Assembly (NCBI GenBank): GCA_963729625.1
Contig: CAVSOU010000010.1
Span: 1,280,001-1,344,000 of the forward strand
Source: an uncultured bacterium
Lineage (GTDB): Bacteria > Chloroflexota > UBA5177 > JANWHV01
Length of the DNA: 64,000 bases
Direction: 5' to 3'
Under the pieces are notes generated by a model. The model was not told the DNA's origin. It ran no database searches and was given only the letters and a program-made list of their open reading frames with translations. Position 1 is the first letter of the stretch, and each line of letters starts with the position of its first letter. Position numbers and translations under genes: made by a program. Below are positions 9,974 to 19,792 of the stretch, in pieces.

Positions 9974-11086
9974 ATGCGTGGTTATCAGCCACACCCGCCG
10001 AGGGATGGCCGATTCAGCATCGCCGCGGACGGTAAGCCGGCCCGCTCGCGTGCTTTCAGGACAACAGCAGCCGTGTTGCTCGCTGCCTGCCTGGCCATTA
10101 CCATGCTGGCATGGCCCGCCGGCACACGGTCTGCGCGCCAGCAGGATCAAGTGGTTGTCACCATCGACCCCGCGATTGGTTTGGCGGGCAGCACCTTCTC
10201 GATCGGCGCCTCGGGCTATTCCTCGTTCGTGGTTCAGATTCAGGCCACTGCGTTCATCCAGTTCGACATGAACGGGCAGCCGGTTACGATCGGCCAACAG
10301 GCGATTGAGTACTGCCCAAATTCCCCACAGGACATCCAGGTCTACGGATTTGGCGCGCCGTGCGGCCCGGGCGTTTTGGTGACGGTACCGGCCGATGCCG
10401 CGCCCGGCCCTCATACGGTGACGGTGCACGTGCCGAATGCCAACCCCCTCCTGGTGGGCGGCGCCATCGACGTGCAAACTACCTACACCGTGATCGCACC
10501 GGATACGGCCACGCCGACCATCACGGACACCCCCACGCCGACCATCACGGACACCCCCACCGCGACAGTCACGCCTACCGCGACCGGCACACCCACATCG
10601 ACAGTCACGCCCACCGCGACCGGCACACCCACATCGACAGTCACGCCCACCGCGACCGGCACGCCCACATCCACCGCTACAGGCACAGCTACGTCGACGG
10701 CCACGAACACGGCACCCTCAACCGCCACCAGTACTCGCTCGGCCACCAGCACACCAGCGAGGGCCACTGCTTCCGCCACGTCTACGCCGGGCAGGCCAGT
10801 GGCCGTGCTGGTTACGCCCCTCTTCTCGATCGGCAAACTGATCCTGACCGTTCGCGGTCAACCGTTGGCGGCGGTCAACATTTCCCTTGCTATCCAACAC
10901 AGCCAGAAGGGCGTCGTCAGCAAGGTGTATCAGGTGAAGAAGACCGGTACAATGGACTCGAAAGGCGGCTTCTCCACCGTGCTGCCCATCACGTATCGCG
11001 GTCGAGGTCTGGCCGCGCTTATCGTGATCGTCAACGGTCAATCGAAGGGCGTTCGGCTGAGTCGCACGTACCGCTACAGCGGCTGA
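9974..11086 (+). CDS. Secreted/surface protein: signal segment, Ig-like beta domain, Thr/Pro stalk, basic C-terminal beta domain
   Basis: AGGGAGGT RBS at 9961-9968, hydrophobic AAVLLAACLAITMLAWPA, TPT repeats, Lys/Arg-rich C-terminus. Confidence 0.75.
   Translation: MRGYQPHPPRDGRFSIAADGKPARSRAFRTTAAVLLAACLAITMLAWPAGTRSARQQDQVVVTIDPAIGLAGSTFSIGASGYSSFVVQIQATAFIQFDMNGQPVTIGQQAIEYCPNSPQDIQVYGFGAPCGPGVLVTVPADAAPGPHTVTVHVPNANPLLVGGAIDVQTTYTVIAPDTATPTITDTPTPTITDTPTATVTPTATGTPTSTVTPTATGTPTSTVTPTATGTPTSTATGTATSTATNTAPSTATSTRSATSTPARATASATSTPGRPVAVLVTPLFSIGKLILTVRGQPLAAVNISLAIQHSQKGVVSKVYQVKKTGTMDSKGGFSTVLPITYRGRGLAALIVIVNGQSKGVRLSRTYRYSG
10509..10672 (+). repeat. Intragenic tandem repeats encoding the Thr/Pro linker (24-bp x2 and 36-bp x3)
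   Basis: CCACGCCGACCATCACGGACACCC twice, then GACAGTCACGCCyACCGCGACCGGCACrCCCACATC three times (TVTPTATGTPTS). Confidence 0.85.
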
Positions 11087-11344
11087 GCACGGCTTGCATT
11101 CTCCACAAACTAACGGGGCTCCGCCCCGGACCTCAAGATGTACGGATAGGAACTGGTGCGGTGGGTCGTAGCCCCTGGTTGCCGGCACACACGAAGTACG
11201 GTAGAACCGCGCTGACCTTACACGGTGGGCGTAAACTGCAAGGAGTGGTGCATCGACGCTGGCGTCTCAATCAAAGGATGATGTCGAAGCGCTCCTAAAA
11301 CCGAGTCACCGCTCGAAATCCTCGACCGCCACAAGCTGGAGGCA

Positions 11345-11674
11345 ATGATGGCGATGCCGCGCCTGCAGATGCGACTCCTGGGCGGCTTCAACCTCAGCTA
11401 CGATAATCTGCCCATACAGGCAGTGCATTCCGCACGCCTGCACGCGCTGCTCGCCTACCTCCTCCTCCATCGTGATGCGCCGCAACCTCGGCAACATCTC
11501 GCATACCTGTTCTGGCCGGACGCAACCGAGCTGCAGGCGCGCAGCAACTTGCGCCAACTGCCGCACCAGTTTCGTCACGTGTTGCCTGGTGCCGACGGCT
11601 TTCTCGGATACCTGGGCGCCGCCTGCTCGATCGGCGCTTCCCCCTTGCGGCGTTTACGCAGTTGTATAAGGTAA
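11345..11674 (+). pseudogene. Truncated SARP/AfsR-type (wHTH-BTAD) transcriptional regulator N-terminus
   Basis: LRLLGGF...ALLAYLLLH..PQPRQHLAYLFWPDATELQARSNLRQ is the typical wHTH start of BTAD regulators. Similarity ends at ~11605 with no BTAD or ATPase domain. Confidence 0.75.
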
Positions 11675-11773
11675 TTGTACGCCACACCTATCGATGGACA
11701 GCGCGCTGAACAGGTGCCTTCCTGAGAAGGACGGAAGGATCTCCGTCCCGCGCACGGCGGCTCCTTGTTCTAG

Positions 11774-13521
11774 CCTGGATTATGCGGGAACGAGCAGCTG
11801 AGCCGCAGGGAGGCAGGTTTCAGGCTACGAACCGTTGAGCGTGGTTGATTGCTAGGGTTCGCTCCCTTATGGTCAAGTTCTTAGACGACGACCAACGAGC
11901 GGAGCGAACCCTATGGCTACTCAGTCTGCCACACAGCGCTATCACTTTGCCACCCAGACCGGGTTGGCGCTCGAGGCCCTCTTTGATGGTGGCCGCCTGA
12001 CCAGCGATGGCGGCCTGCCCTGGCTCGCCAAGGCCGACGCGGTGTTGGGACTGTGTGCCGGGCTGGCAGCGAGCCTGCCGGAGCGCCGCCAGCGGCACAT
12101 CCGCTACTCCCTGGAGGGTCTGGTCCGCCAGCGCGTGTTCCAGATTGCCTGCGGGTACGAGGACCAGAACGATGCCAACACCCTGCGCCACGACCCCCTG
12201 CTCAAGATGGTCTGCGGGCGTCTGCCGGAGAGTGGTCCTGCGCTGGCCGGCCAGTCCACCTTCAGCCGCCTGGAGAACAGCGTGGACCGGCAAGCCTGTC
12301 GCCACCTGGCCCACGCCCTCCTGGAGGTGTACCTGGTGGCGAGGGAACAGGACGGCGTGCCTCGGCACATTCTGCTGGACATCGACAGCACGGATGACCC
12401 CACGCACGGGCACCAGGAAGGGGCGGCGTACCACGGGTACTACCGCCAGCACCAGTACTACCCGCTGCTCGTCTTCGATGGCGAGACCGACCAGCTGATC
12501 ACCGCCATCCTGCGCCCGGGCACGGTGCACGGCAGCCGCGGGGTGATTACGGTGCTGCGCGTGCTAGTCCGGGCCTTTCGGCAGCGCTGGCCCGGCGTGC
12601 AGATCGAGATCCGCGCTGACGCAGCGGGCGCCACGCCCCGAATCTACCAGTTCTGCGAGCGCCACCATATCACCTACACCCTGGGTCTGGGCACCAATGC
12701 CCGCCTGGCAGCCCTGGCCGCGCCCCTGCTGGCGCAGGCCCAGGCCCAGCGCGAGGCCACCGCCGCGGAGAAGGTCCGCCTGTGCGGCGAGACCACCTAC
12801 CAGGCCGAGAGTTGGGACCGCGCACGGCGCGTGGTCTACAAGACCGAAGCCCTGGCCAAGGGGCCCAATGTCCGCTTCGTCGTCACCAGCCGCACCGACG
12901 CGCCGACAGACCTCTACGATTGGTATGTCGATCGGGGCACCCCGGAACTGTGGATCAAGGACATCAAGCTCGCCTGCTTCGCCGACCGCCTGAGCGACCA
13001 TCGCTTCTGGGCCAACCAGTGCCGCCTCATCCTGCACGCCGCCGCCTATTGGCTCCTCGATACCCTCCGACGCTGGCTGACTGCCCGCGGCCTGCCCCGT
13101 CTGCAGCTCGATACCCTGCGGCTCCAGCTCATCAAGATCGGCGGCCGGGTGCGGGAAGGGCTGCACCGCATCCGCCTGCACCTGGCCAGCAGCCATCCTG
13201 GTCAGGCCCTCTGGAGCCTGCTCGGTGCGCAGCCGCCCGGCCACGCGCCGCCGTTCCTCCGCTAATCCGTCCCGCTGCTGCCGATCGCTGCCGACACCGC
13301 GACTGTCCCTGTCGCGGTACGACCCCTCACGCCGTCCTCCCCGCGCCAACTGCCCCACCAGCGAGCCCAGCCACGCACCGCTGGACGCACGCTGGATCCT
13401 GCCGCCGCACCAGGCCCCCTCTGCATGCCGGCGCACATTACCTCGACGCGATGCGGGCCGCGACGAGCCTCCCCTCAACCTTGCTTAGCTCGCTTCCTTC
13501 AGGGGTCCCGCATAATCCAGG
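11774..13521 (+). mobile_element. IS1380-family insertion sequence, 1748 bp
   Basis: Perfect 16-bp terminal IRs CCTGGATTATGCGGGA (11774-11789) and TCCCGCATAATCCAGG (13506-13521). CTAG on both flanks (11770-11773, 13522-13525) is a 4-bp target duplication. Single transposase inside. Confidence 0.93.
11913..13265 (+). CDS. IS1380-family DDE transposase (450 aa)
   Basis: FDGGRLTSDGGL, GYEDQNDANTLRHDP, LDIDSTDDPTHGHQEGAAYHGYY, IRAD, RGTPELWIKDIK motifs. Confidence 0.93.
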   Translation: MATQSATQRYHFATQTGLALEALFDGGRLTSDGGLPWLAKADAVLGLCAGLAASLPERRQRHIRYSLEGLVRQRVFQIACGYEDQNDANTLRHDPLLKMVCGRLPESGPALAGQSTFSRLENSVDRQACRHLAHALLEVYLVAREQDGVPRHILLDIDSTDDPTHGHQEGAAYHGYYRQHQYYPLLVFDGETDQLITAILRPGTVHGSRGVITVLRVLVRAFRQRWPGVQIEIRADAAGATPRIYQFCERHHITYTLGLGTNARLAALAAPLLAQAQAQREATAAEKVRLCGETTYQAESWDRARRVVYKTEALAKGPNVRFVVTSRTDAPTDLYDWYVDRGTPELWIKDIKLACFADRLSDHRFWANQCRLILHAAAYWLLDTLRRWLTARGLPRLQLDTLRLQLIKIGGRVREGLHRIRLHLASSHPGQALWSLLGAQPPGHAPPFLR

Positions 13522-14070
13522 CTAGACGGCAAGTGGTACTGATCACCTGGCGCGGGCTGGCTGTCAGCGGCGACCGCTCTCCGAAGCGCAGCGGGGCGCA
13601 ACTTGTGCGACGGCCGGAACGAGGCACCCGCCTGCTCTTGGCATCCGGAACGTGTCGCGTAACACGCGGCTGCCCGCAACGACAGGCCGCCACGGCACGA
13701 GCGACACGCACGCAAGCTCGTCGCCGTGCTGGCTCGTACCTTCGCGGGTACAGACAGCTACCGGCTCAAGGACCGGCCATGCCGCCGAACACCCGGCCCT
13801 TCCGCGGAGATGCCGCTCGAGCGCCACCAACCGGCGATCGTTGCGAAGCCGAGCTGTCCAATCTACGCTGGGCGGGAGAACGGTAGTCAACAGGCGACAG
13901 GGACCGCTCAAGGCAGCGTTGCATCGTTGGAACGACTGCCTCACCCGCGGCAACGGCTTGGTGCCGCAGCGGCCAAAGCACCGTCACCGCCCACCCTGCG
14001 CCCTCGGCACTGTCCCGGGGACGTTGCTCCCCATGCATGGGAGGGCGATGCAAGGTGGCGTGGCGCGCGC

Positions 14071-14586
14071 TCAGCTTGCCGGTGCCGGAGCAGGGGCCGC
14101 TGCTTTGCGTGCGCCGACCTCCTTCTGCAGCAGGAACATCGCGGTCGGGTTGTCCCCAATCATCTTCAGCGCCTCCACGATCTGCGTAGCGTTCTTCTCC
14201 TCCTCCACCTGCTCGCTCACAAACCACTGCAGCAGGATCTGCGCCGGATAATCCTCTTCCCGCAGCGCCAGCGCATAGATCCCGTTGACGGAAGCCGTCA
14301 CCGCCTGTTCATGCTGCAGGGCCTGGCTGAAGGCGTCGAGCGGCGAGGCGAAATCGCGCCCGGGCTGGTCCAGTGCCAGCAGCTCGGGGCGGCTGCCGCG
14401 GTCGAGCAGGAAGTCGAAGATGCGCATGGCGTGACCCACTTCCTCCTGACTCTGCAGCCGCAGCCACCGCGCAAAACCCGCCAGACCGGTCGACTCGCAG
14501 TACCCCGAGGCCGATAGGTAGAAATAGGCTGACGCCAGCTCCGTGCTGATCTGCCGGTTGAGTGCGGTCCTGACGGCTTCCTTCAT
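14071..14586 (-). CDS. ftnA: Non-haem ferritin
   Basis: LNRQISTELASAYFY, QSQEEVGHAMRIFDFL, HEQAVTASVN, LQWFVSEQVEEE ferroxidase-centre motifs. Confidence 0.92.
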   Translation of the reverse strand: MKEAVRTALNRQISTELASAYFYLSASGYCESTGLAGFARWLRLQSQEEVGHAMRIFDFLLDRGSRPELLALDQPGRDFASPLDAFSQALQHEQAVTASVNGIYALALREEDYPAQILLQWFVSEQVEEEKNATQIVEALKMIGDNPTAMFLLQKEVGARKAAAPAPAPAS

Positions 14587-14702
14587 GACACGCTTCCCCT
14601 CTCAATTGAGCGGACTACCGAATCTTGTGGACGCGAGATGAGCGGAAGACTAGCCCGCGACCTGCCCTCCCGACCCTATCAGCCCGCTGCTCGCGCCTGC
14701 TT

Positions 14703-14990
14703 TATGGTAGAACGTCTGCGACGTGCACGCCAGGGGCACGCTGCGCCAAGGCCAGGGCACGCCGGAGATCGCGTACGGCATCCGGCAACTTGCCCACGTC
14801 CGCGAGCGCTTGTCCGCGTGTCTGCTAACCCGCCGGCTGGTATTTGAGCCGACCCCGTCGACGACTTTGGCCCACCGATTCAGTCGCACGCCCGATTGCG
14901 TCGCCCCATCGGCCGCGGGCAAGAGCAATCTCGGCGCGCACCTGAGTGAGGCGGATCTGCCATAACCAACCGTGCCATCGTGCGGTGGCG
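14703..14990 (-). pseudogene. C-terminal TPR-like remnant of a large ATPase-type regulator, with in-frame TAG
   Basis: Reads WHGWLWQIRLTQVRAEIALARGRWGDAIGRATESVGQSRRRGRLKYQPAG*QTRGQALADVGKLPDAVRDLRRALALAQ. The helical TPR-like pattern continues across the stop at 14825-14827 and there is no N-terminal part. Confidence 0.55.
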
Positions 14991-15196
14991 CCGCCACCCG
15001 GGTAGTGGTGGGCATGGCTACGCGGGGACTGCGAGCCGTCACACTTACCGCTTGCTCGGCCAGGTTGATCATTAACCTTGGCCAAGGTAGTGTGGTGCTA
15101 TCACGAGCGGGCTGTGACCGGAACACGGGCTTTGCTCGCAGAGGCCACAGTTGGCTTCCTCCAGCAACCCCGGACCACGCGTTTAGGGAGTGATCG

Positions 15197-15607
15197 GTGA
15201 CAGTGGTACGCTTGCGGACAGATCTCCAACTGCTACCTCATCGCGAGCGGTCAGATTTTCCGCCGCGTCGGCTGTCGTCCGGTGTGCAGGTGTGGCTGGT
15301 CGCCCCGGCGATTGCGGCGCTGCTGATCTGTTGGCCGTTTGCGGCGGCTCACGCGTCCCCTACGCACGGCCATGCACAGAACACCCAGATTCATGCGCAG
15401 TCGCATTATCGGCCGGGGCGAACGGCGGATGGCCGTGGCAATGCCCTGGCCATCAACCCAGTGCTCAGCACAACGCACGCTGGGCCTGGGGCCAGCCATC
15501 CGCGCACGGGTACTCACTCCCTACCCTATCGTAGCGCAACAGCGGGTCCGATCCGTGCCCCGCCTGTCCAGCGCTTGGTCGGCGTGCGCGACGCGACGCG
15601 TGTCTGA
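15197..15607 (+). CDS. Small exported peptide with His-rich segment and GPIRAPP motif (candidate ribosome arrest peptide)
   Basis: GGGAG RBS at 15186-15190 before GTG, hydrophobic VWLVAPAIAALLICWPFAAAHA, RAPP at 15554-15565. Confidence 0.5.
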   Translation: MTVVRLRTDLQLLPHRERSDFPPRRLSSGVQVWLVAPAIAALLICWPFAAAHASPTHGHAQNTQIHAQSHYRPGRTADGRGNALAINPVLSTTHAGPGASHPRTGTHSLPYRSATAGPIRAPPVQRLVGVRDATRV

Positions 15608-15829
15608 AGGGATTCCACGAGGCGCGGCAATCTCAGTTGGGAATGGGGAATTCGATTCGCATGCAGCGTGCACCGAGCGGCGCGCCGGGCAGTGAATGAC
15701 TTGCGAGGCCCTTGCCAGTAGCGGTGCGCTTGCTGGGATACCCACCGACCGGTGGAAGGCGCCTGTGCGCTCGAGCGGTTTGTCGTACGTAGTCAACCAC
15801 ATGAGCATCAGAGGGAGGCACGTAGAGCC

Positions 15830-17239
15830 ATGGTCCAACAGGTTTCGAAACCGTTCACATTTGATGACGCCGCGGTGCAGCCACTTCGAGCGAGCCTGCG
15901 CGGCACCGTGCTCCTCGCGGGCGCCGAGGGCTACGAACAGGCGCGCCAGGTCTATAATGCGATGATCGACAAGCATCCAGGGGCTATCGCACGCTGTGCC
16001 GATGTGGCGGATGTGATCGCGGCGGTCAACTTCGCCCGTGAGAACGGGGTGACGCTGGCGGTGCGCGGCGGCGGGCATAACGGCGGTGGCCTGGGCACCT
16101 GCGAGGGAGGACTCGTCATCGACCTCTCGCTGATGAAAGGCACGCGCGTCGACCCGGAGGCCCGTACGGTGCGGGTGGCCGGCGGCTGCACCTGGGGTGA
16201 GGTCGACCACGCTACCCATGCCTTCGGGCTGGCCACGCCCAGCGGCATCATCTCCACCACCGGCGTGGGCGGCCTGACCCTGGGCGGCGGCATCGGCCAT
16301 TTGACACGCGCGTGCGGCCTGGCCATCGACAACCTGCTGGAAGTGGATATGGTGCTGGCCGACGGCAGCGTTGTCACCGCTAATTCCGACCAGCATAGCG
16401 ACCTGTTCTGGGCGGTGCGCGGGGGCGGGGGCAACTTCGGCGTGGTCACCTCCTTCCTGTTCACGCTGCACCCTGTCAGCACGGTCTACGGCGGACCAAT
16501 GCTCTGGCACCTTGAGAAGAGTGAAGCGGTGCTGCGCTGGTATCGCGACTTCATCAAGCAGGCGCCGGACAATCTGAACGGCTTCTTCGCCTTCCTCACG
16601 GTACCGCCGGGCCCACCCTTCCCGGAGCACCTGCACGGCACGAAGATGTGCGGCGTGGTCTGGTGCTACACCGGACCGGCGGAGCGGGCCGAGGCGGTCT
16701 TCGCTCCCATCCGGAGCACATTCGGCGGCCCCGACCTCGACTTCGTGGGTCCGCTGCCGCATCCTGCCTTGCAGGGCATGTTCGACGCGCTCTATCCTCC
16801 GGGCCACCAGTGGTACTGGCGGGCGGACTTCGTCAAAGAGCTGAGCGACGAGGCGATCGCGCGACACATCGCGCACGCCGCCGCCCTGCCGACCATGCAG
16901 TCCAGCATGCACCTCTACCCGGTGAACGGGGCAGCGAGCCGGGTCGATCCGCACGCGACTGCCTGGAGCTATCGCGATGCCACCTGGGCAGAGGTGATCG
17001 TGGGCGTCGACCCCAATCCGGCCAATGCGGGAACGATCAAGGACTGGACCATCGCCTATTGGGAGGCGCTGCATCCCTACTCCATGGGCGGCGCCTACGT
17101 GAACTTCATGATGGACGAGGGGCAAGAGCGGGTCGAGGCGACCTACCGCGGCAACTACCCACGCCTGGCTGCGGTCAAGAAGCAGTACGACCCGACCAAC
17201 CTCTTCCATGTCAACCAGAATATCCGGCCGCAGGCTTGA
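15830..17239 (+). CDS. FAD-binding oxidoreductase, BBE/6-hydroxy-D-nicotine oxidase-like (~469 aa)
   Basis: GGAGG RBS. VRGGGHN flavinylation motif, TGVGGLTLGGGIG, LFWAVRGGGGNFGVVT, C-terminal YVNF...NYPRLAAVKKQYDPTNLF. Confidence 0.92.
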   Translation: MVQQVSKPFTFDDAAVQPLRASLRGTVLLAGAEGYEQARQVYNAMIDKHPGAIARCADVADVIAAVNFARENGVTLAVRGGGHNGGGLGTCEGGLVIDLSLMKGTRVDPEARTVRVAGGCTWGEVDHATHAFGLATPSGIISTTGVGGLTLGGGIGHLTRACGLAIDNLLEVDMVLADGSVVTANSDQHSDLFWAVRGGGGNFGVVTSFLFTLHPVSTVYGGPMLWHLEKSEAVLRWYRDFIKQAPDNLNGFFAFLTVPPGPPFPEHLHGTKMCGVVWCYTGPAERAEAVFAPIRSTFGGPDLDFVGPLPHPALQGMFDALYPPGHQWYWRADFVKELSDEAIARHIAHAAALPTMQSSMHLYPVNGAASRVDPHATAWSYRDATWAEVIVGVDPNPANAGTIKDWTIAYWEALHPYSMGGAYVNFMMDEGQERVEATYRGNYPRLAAVKKQYDPTNLFHVNQNIRPQA

Positions 17240-17376
17240 CAAGCAGGAGGCCGGGTTTGTGGCAAGCAAGGCGGGCCGCCACGGAAGGGGAGTAATCCGC
17301 CGTGCGTCCCCTTTAGCGTAGGCACCGTCGACGCTTGCCGCAATGTTGCACAACGTCAGGGCAAGGAGGAAGACCG

Positions 17377-17805
17377 ATGTCCACCGAGGAAATCAGGGCA
17401 ACGATGCGTCGCATCCCCGAGGAAATCTACAATCAAGGCAAGTTGGACGTCGTCGACGAGCTGTTCAGCACGGACTACGTCGAGCATTTCCCACTGCCCC
17501 CCGGCTTTCCGGCCGGGCTCCCCGGCGTGAAGGCGTTCATTACCGCGCTGCGGGCTGCATTTCCCGACTTCTACTACACGGTCGAGGACGAAGTCGTCGA
17601 AGGCAATAAGTACGTAGTGCGCGTCACGGCTCGGGGCACGATGCAGGGAAACTTTCTGGGCATGCCCGCGACGGGCAAACAGGCGACGTGGTCGGAGATT
17701 CACATCGCCCACGTGGCACGCGGGAAACTGGTAGAACACTGGACCTGCATCGACCAACTGGGTATGTTGCAGCAACTCGGCGTGATCCCGGCGCCGGGAC
17801 AGTAG
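17377..17805 (+). CDS. SnoaL-like ester cyclase family protein
   Basis: AAGGAGG RBS. AFPDF, GTMQGNFLGMPATGK, GKLVEHW..IDQLGMLQQLG. Confidence 0.9.
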   Translation: MSTEEIRATMRRIPEEIYNQGKLDVVDELFSTDYVEHFPLPPGFPAGLPGVKAFITALRAAFPDFYYTVEDEVVEGNKYVVRVTARGTMQGNFLGMPATGKQATWSEIHIAHVARGKLVEHWTCIDQLGMLQQLGVIPAPGQ

Positions 17806-17962
17806 ACTACGTCTCATGCATCGCGCCTGTCGAGCTGAGGCAAGGTAGCATCACGGCACACGGGGCGACCGGCCGCTGCTGACACACGGGGTCGGCTCCA
17901 GGGTCATTTCGCGGAGGAGCAGAACGCAACCTGAATCCGGATAGAGGAGAAGGAGAACGCAA

Positions 17963-18259
17963 ATGTACGGCACAGTGGCACGAATGCGCATCAAGCCCGG
18001 AGCGGAGGGGCAATTCCTTGAACTGAACCGCGGGTTCGAGGCACCGAAAGGGGTCGTCGCTGAATACCTGTATCGAATGGATACCGATCCCACCGACTAC
18101 TACCTCACGGTTGTGTTCGAAAGCAAGGAGGCGTATGTAGCGAATGCTGCGAGGCCGGAGATGCACGCCTTCTACCTGCGGTATCGGGAGATGCTCACGG
18201 CAGAGCCCGAATGGCATGATGGCACGATCGTCGATGCACGCACCTGGAGTAGTACCTGA
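17963..18259 (+). CDS. Dimeric alpha-beta barrel (ABM-like) small protein
   Basis: AAGGAG RBS. MYGTVARMRIKPGAE...VVFESKEAYVANA..PE pattern. Confidence 0.7.
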   Translation: MYGTVARMRIKPGAEGQFLELNRGFEAPKGVVAEYLYRMDTDPTDYYLTVVFESKEAYVANAARPEMHAFYLRYREMLTAEPEWHDGTIVDARTWSST

Positions 18260-18426
18260 GGATGACCTGTCGAGACAATGAGACCTACGGTGCCAACGCC
18301 GGCAACCCAAGTCTGGACGCCTGGTGTCGGCGTTGGCGTGCGTGCCTGGACGAGGACGCTATCTGGGAGGATGGTGATATCGTCGTGGTAATCACCTGGC
18401 AAACTTCGCCGGAGTAAACTCGCACC

Positions 18427-19130
18427 ATGTCCGCCTTGCACGCCGAAGTCCGCCTTGCCGAGCTGGTTGCCACGCTGTCGCTGGGCACCGACCTTGGCCT
18501 TGGGCAGCCAATGGAGCACGTCATCCGCCACACCCTGATCGCGCTGCGGATCAGTGAGCGGCTGGGCTTCGACGAGTCCGCGCGCGCGGTTCTGTACTAC
18601 GCCGGTTGCTGGCCTGGGTCGGTTGCCACATAGACGCCTACGAGCAAGCCAAGTGGTTCGGGGACGACATCGCGCTCAAGGCGGACTCATTGGCGCAATC
18701 GCCGTGCAGCATCACGAGCGGCTTGACGGCTCGGGGTATCCGCGAGGCCTCTCGGGCGATGCCATCAGCCCGGCGGGACGGATCCTCGTCGCGGCCGACA
18801 CGCACCATGCGATGACCGAGCTACGACCGCACCGGCCGGCGCGGTCGTCCGAGGAGGCGGTGGCGGCGATACGGACCGAGGTTACGGCCGGGCGGCTGGA
18901 TGGCGACGCGGTCAATGCCGTGCTCCGTGCCGCCGGCCACCAGGTACGTGCGCGCCGCGACTGGCCTGCCGGGTTGACCGGGCGCGAGATAGAGGTGCTG
19001 AAGTTGGTGGCCTGCGGGTTCTCCAACAAGGAGATTGCGGAGCAACTGGTTATCTCGCGCAAGACAGCGGGCAATCACGTCGACCACATCTACACGAAGA
19101 TCGGCGCCTCGACCCGAGCCAGGGCAAGTC
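18427..19130 (+). pseudogene. Disrupted HD-GYP + LuxR-HTH regulator
   Basis: Three frames: RLAELVATLSLGTDLGLGQPMEH (18427), AWVGCHIDAYEQAKWFGDDIALKAD (18606), HHERLDGSGYP...GLTGREIEVL..SNKEIAEQL (18690-19125). Frameshift near 18605 and an apparent large internal deletion near 18685. Confidence 0.8.
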
Positions 19131-19792
19131 AGGAGCGTCTCGGCGCGCTGGCGGGCGTCGCCTTCAGTGTGCTCATCCTTCTGGGAGTGTTCGGTCTGGC
19201 GCCGAATCAGCCGAGCTCGACCGCTACCACCAAGGAAATCGTTACCTACATCCACGATCATCAGAATGCGCTGTCCGTGGGAAACTACCTGGAGGCGTTC
19301 GCGGTCTTCTGGTTCCTGTGGTTTGCCGCGAGCCTGAGCCGAGTGATCGCGACTGCCAAGGGTGGCATCCAGTTCGCAGCTTTGTCGCTTGGCGCAGCGG
19401 TGATCCTGGTAGCCCTGATTCTCGTCGTCGGCGCGGCTGAAGTGGCGATCACGCAGCGAGCGTTCGTCGATTCCGACGTTTCGGTACAAACCCTTTATCT
19501 GTTCTCCGAAGCGGGTGGCGCACTGTTGCCGTTCCCGATCGCCGCGTTCATCGGTGGTGCAACCGTGGTAGCGCTCGACGCCAGTGTCCTGCCGCGCTGG
19601 CTAGGGTATTTTGGGTGTCTGATTGCCGCACTTGAGTTGCTTTGTGGCTTCGACGCGGCGGTCTGGAGTGGCCCACTGGCGCTTGACGGCGCGATAAGTC
19701 AGCTCAGCTTCCCGGCATTCGTGGTGTGGGTGCTTGCCGCGTGCGTCGCTCTCCTGGCACGCATGCCGGCAGCTAGGGCCGAATCCCGATGA
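19131..19792 (+). CDS. Multi-pass membrane protein (about 6 TM), fused in frame to the LuxR remnant and lacking its own start
   Basis: Hydrophobic segments from ERLGALAGVAFSVLILLG to FVVWVLAACVALL. LPRWLGYFG motif. Confidence 0.6.

Noticed and set aside
9907-10035. 42-codon ORF with AGGAG RBS after giant gene 2
   Set aside because: No recognisable features, and it overlaps the better-supported 9974 gene in another frame.
14825-14827. In-frame TAG as pyrrolysine or programmed readthrough
   Set aside because: It lies in a fragment with no start or N-terminal domains, so a nonsense mutation in a pseudogene is simpler.
15521-17353. Long antisense ORFs (also 8225-9643, 31427-32680, 51226-53280)
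   Set aside because: They lie opposite well-supported genes, have no recognisable motifs and are typical high-GC shadow frames.
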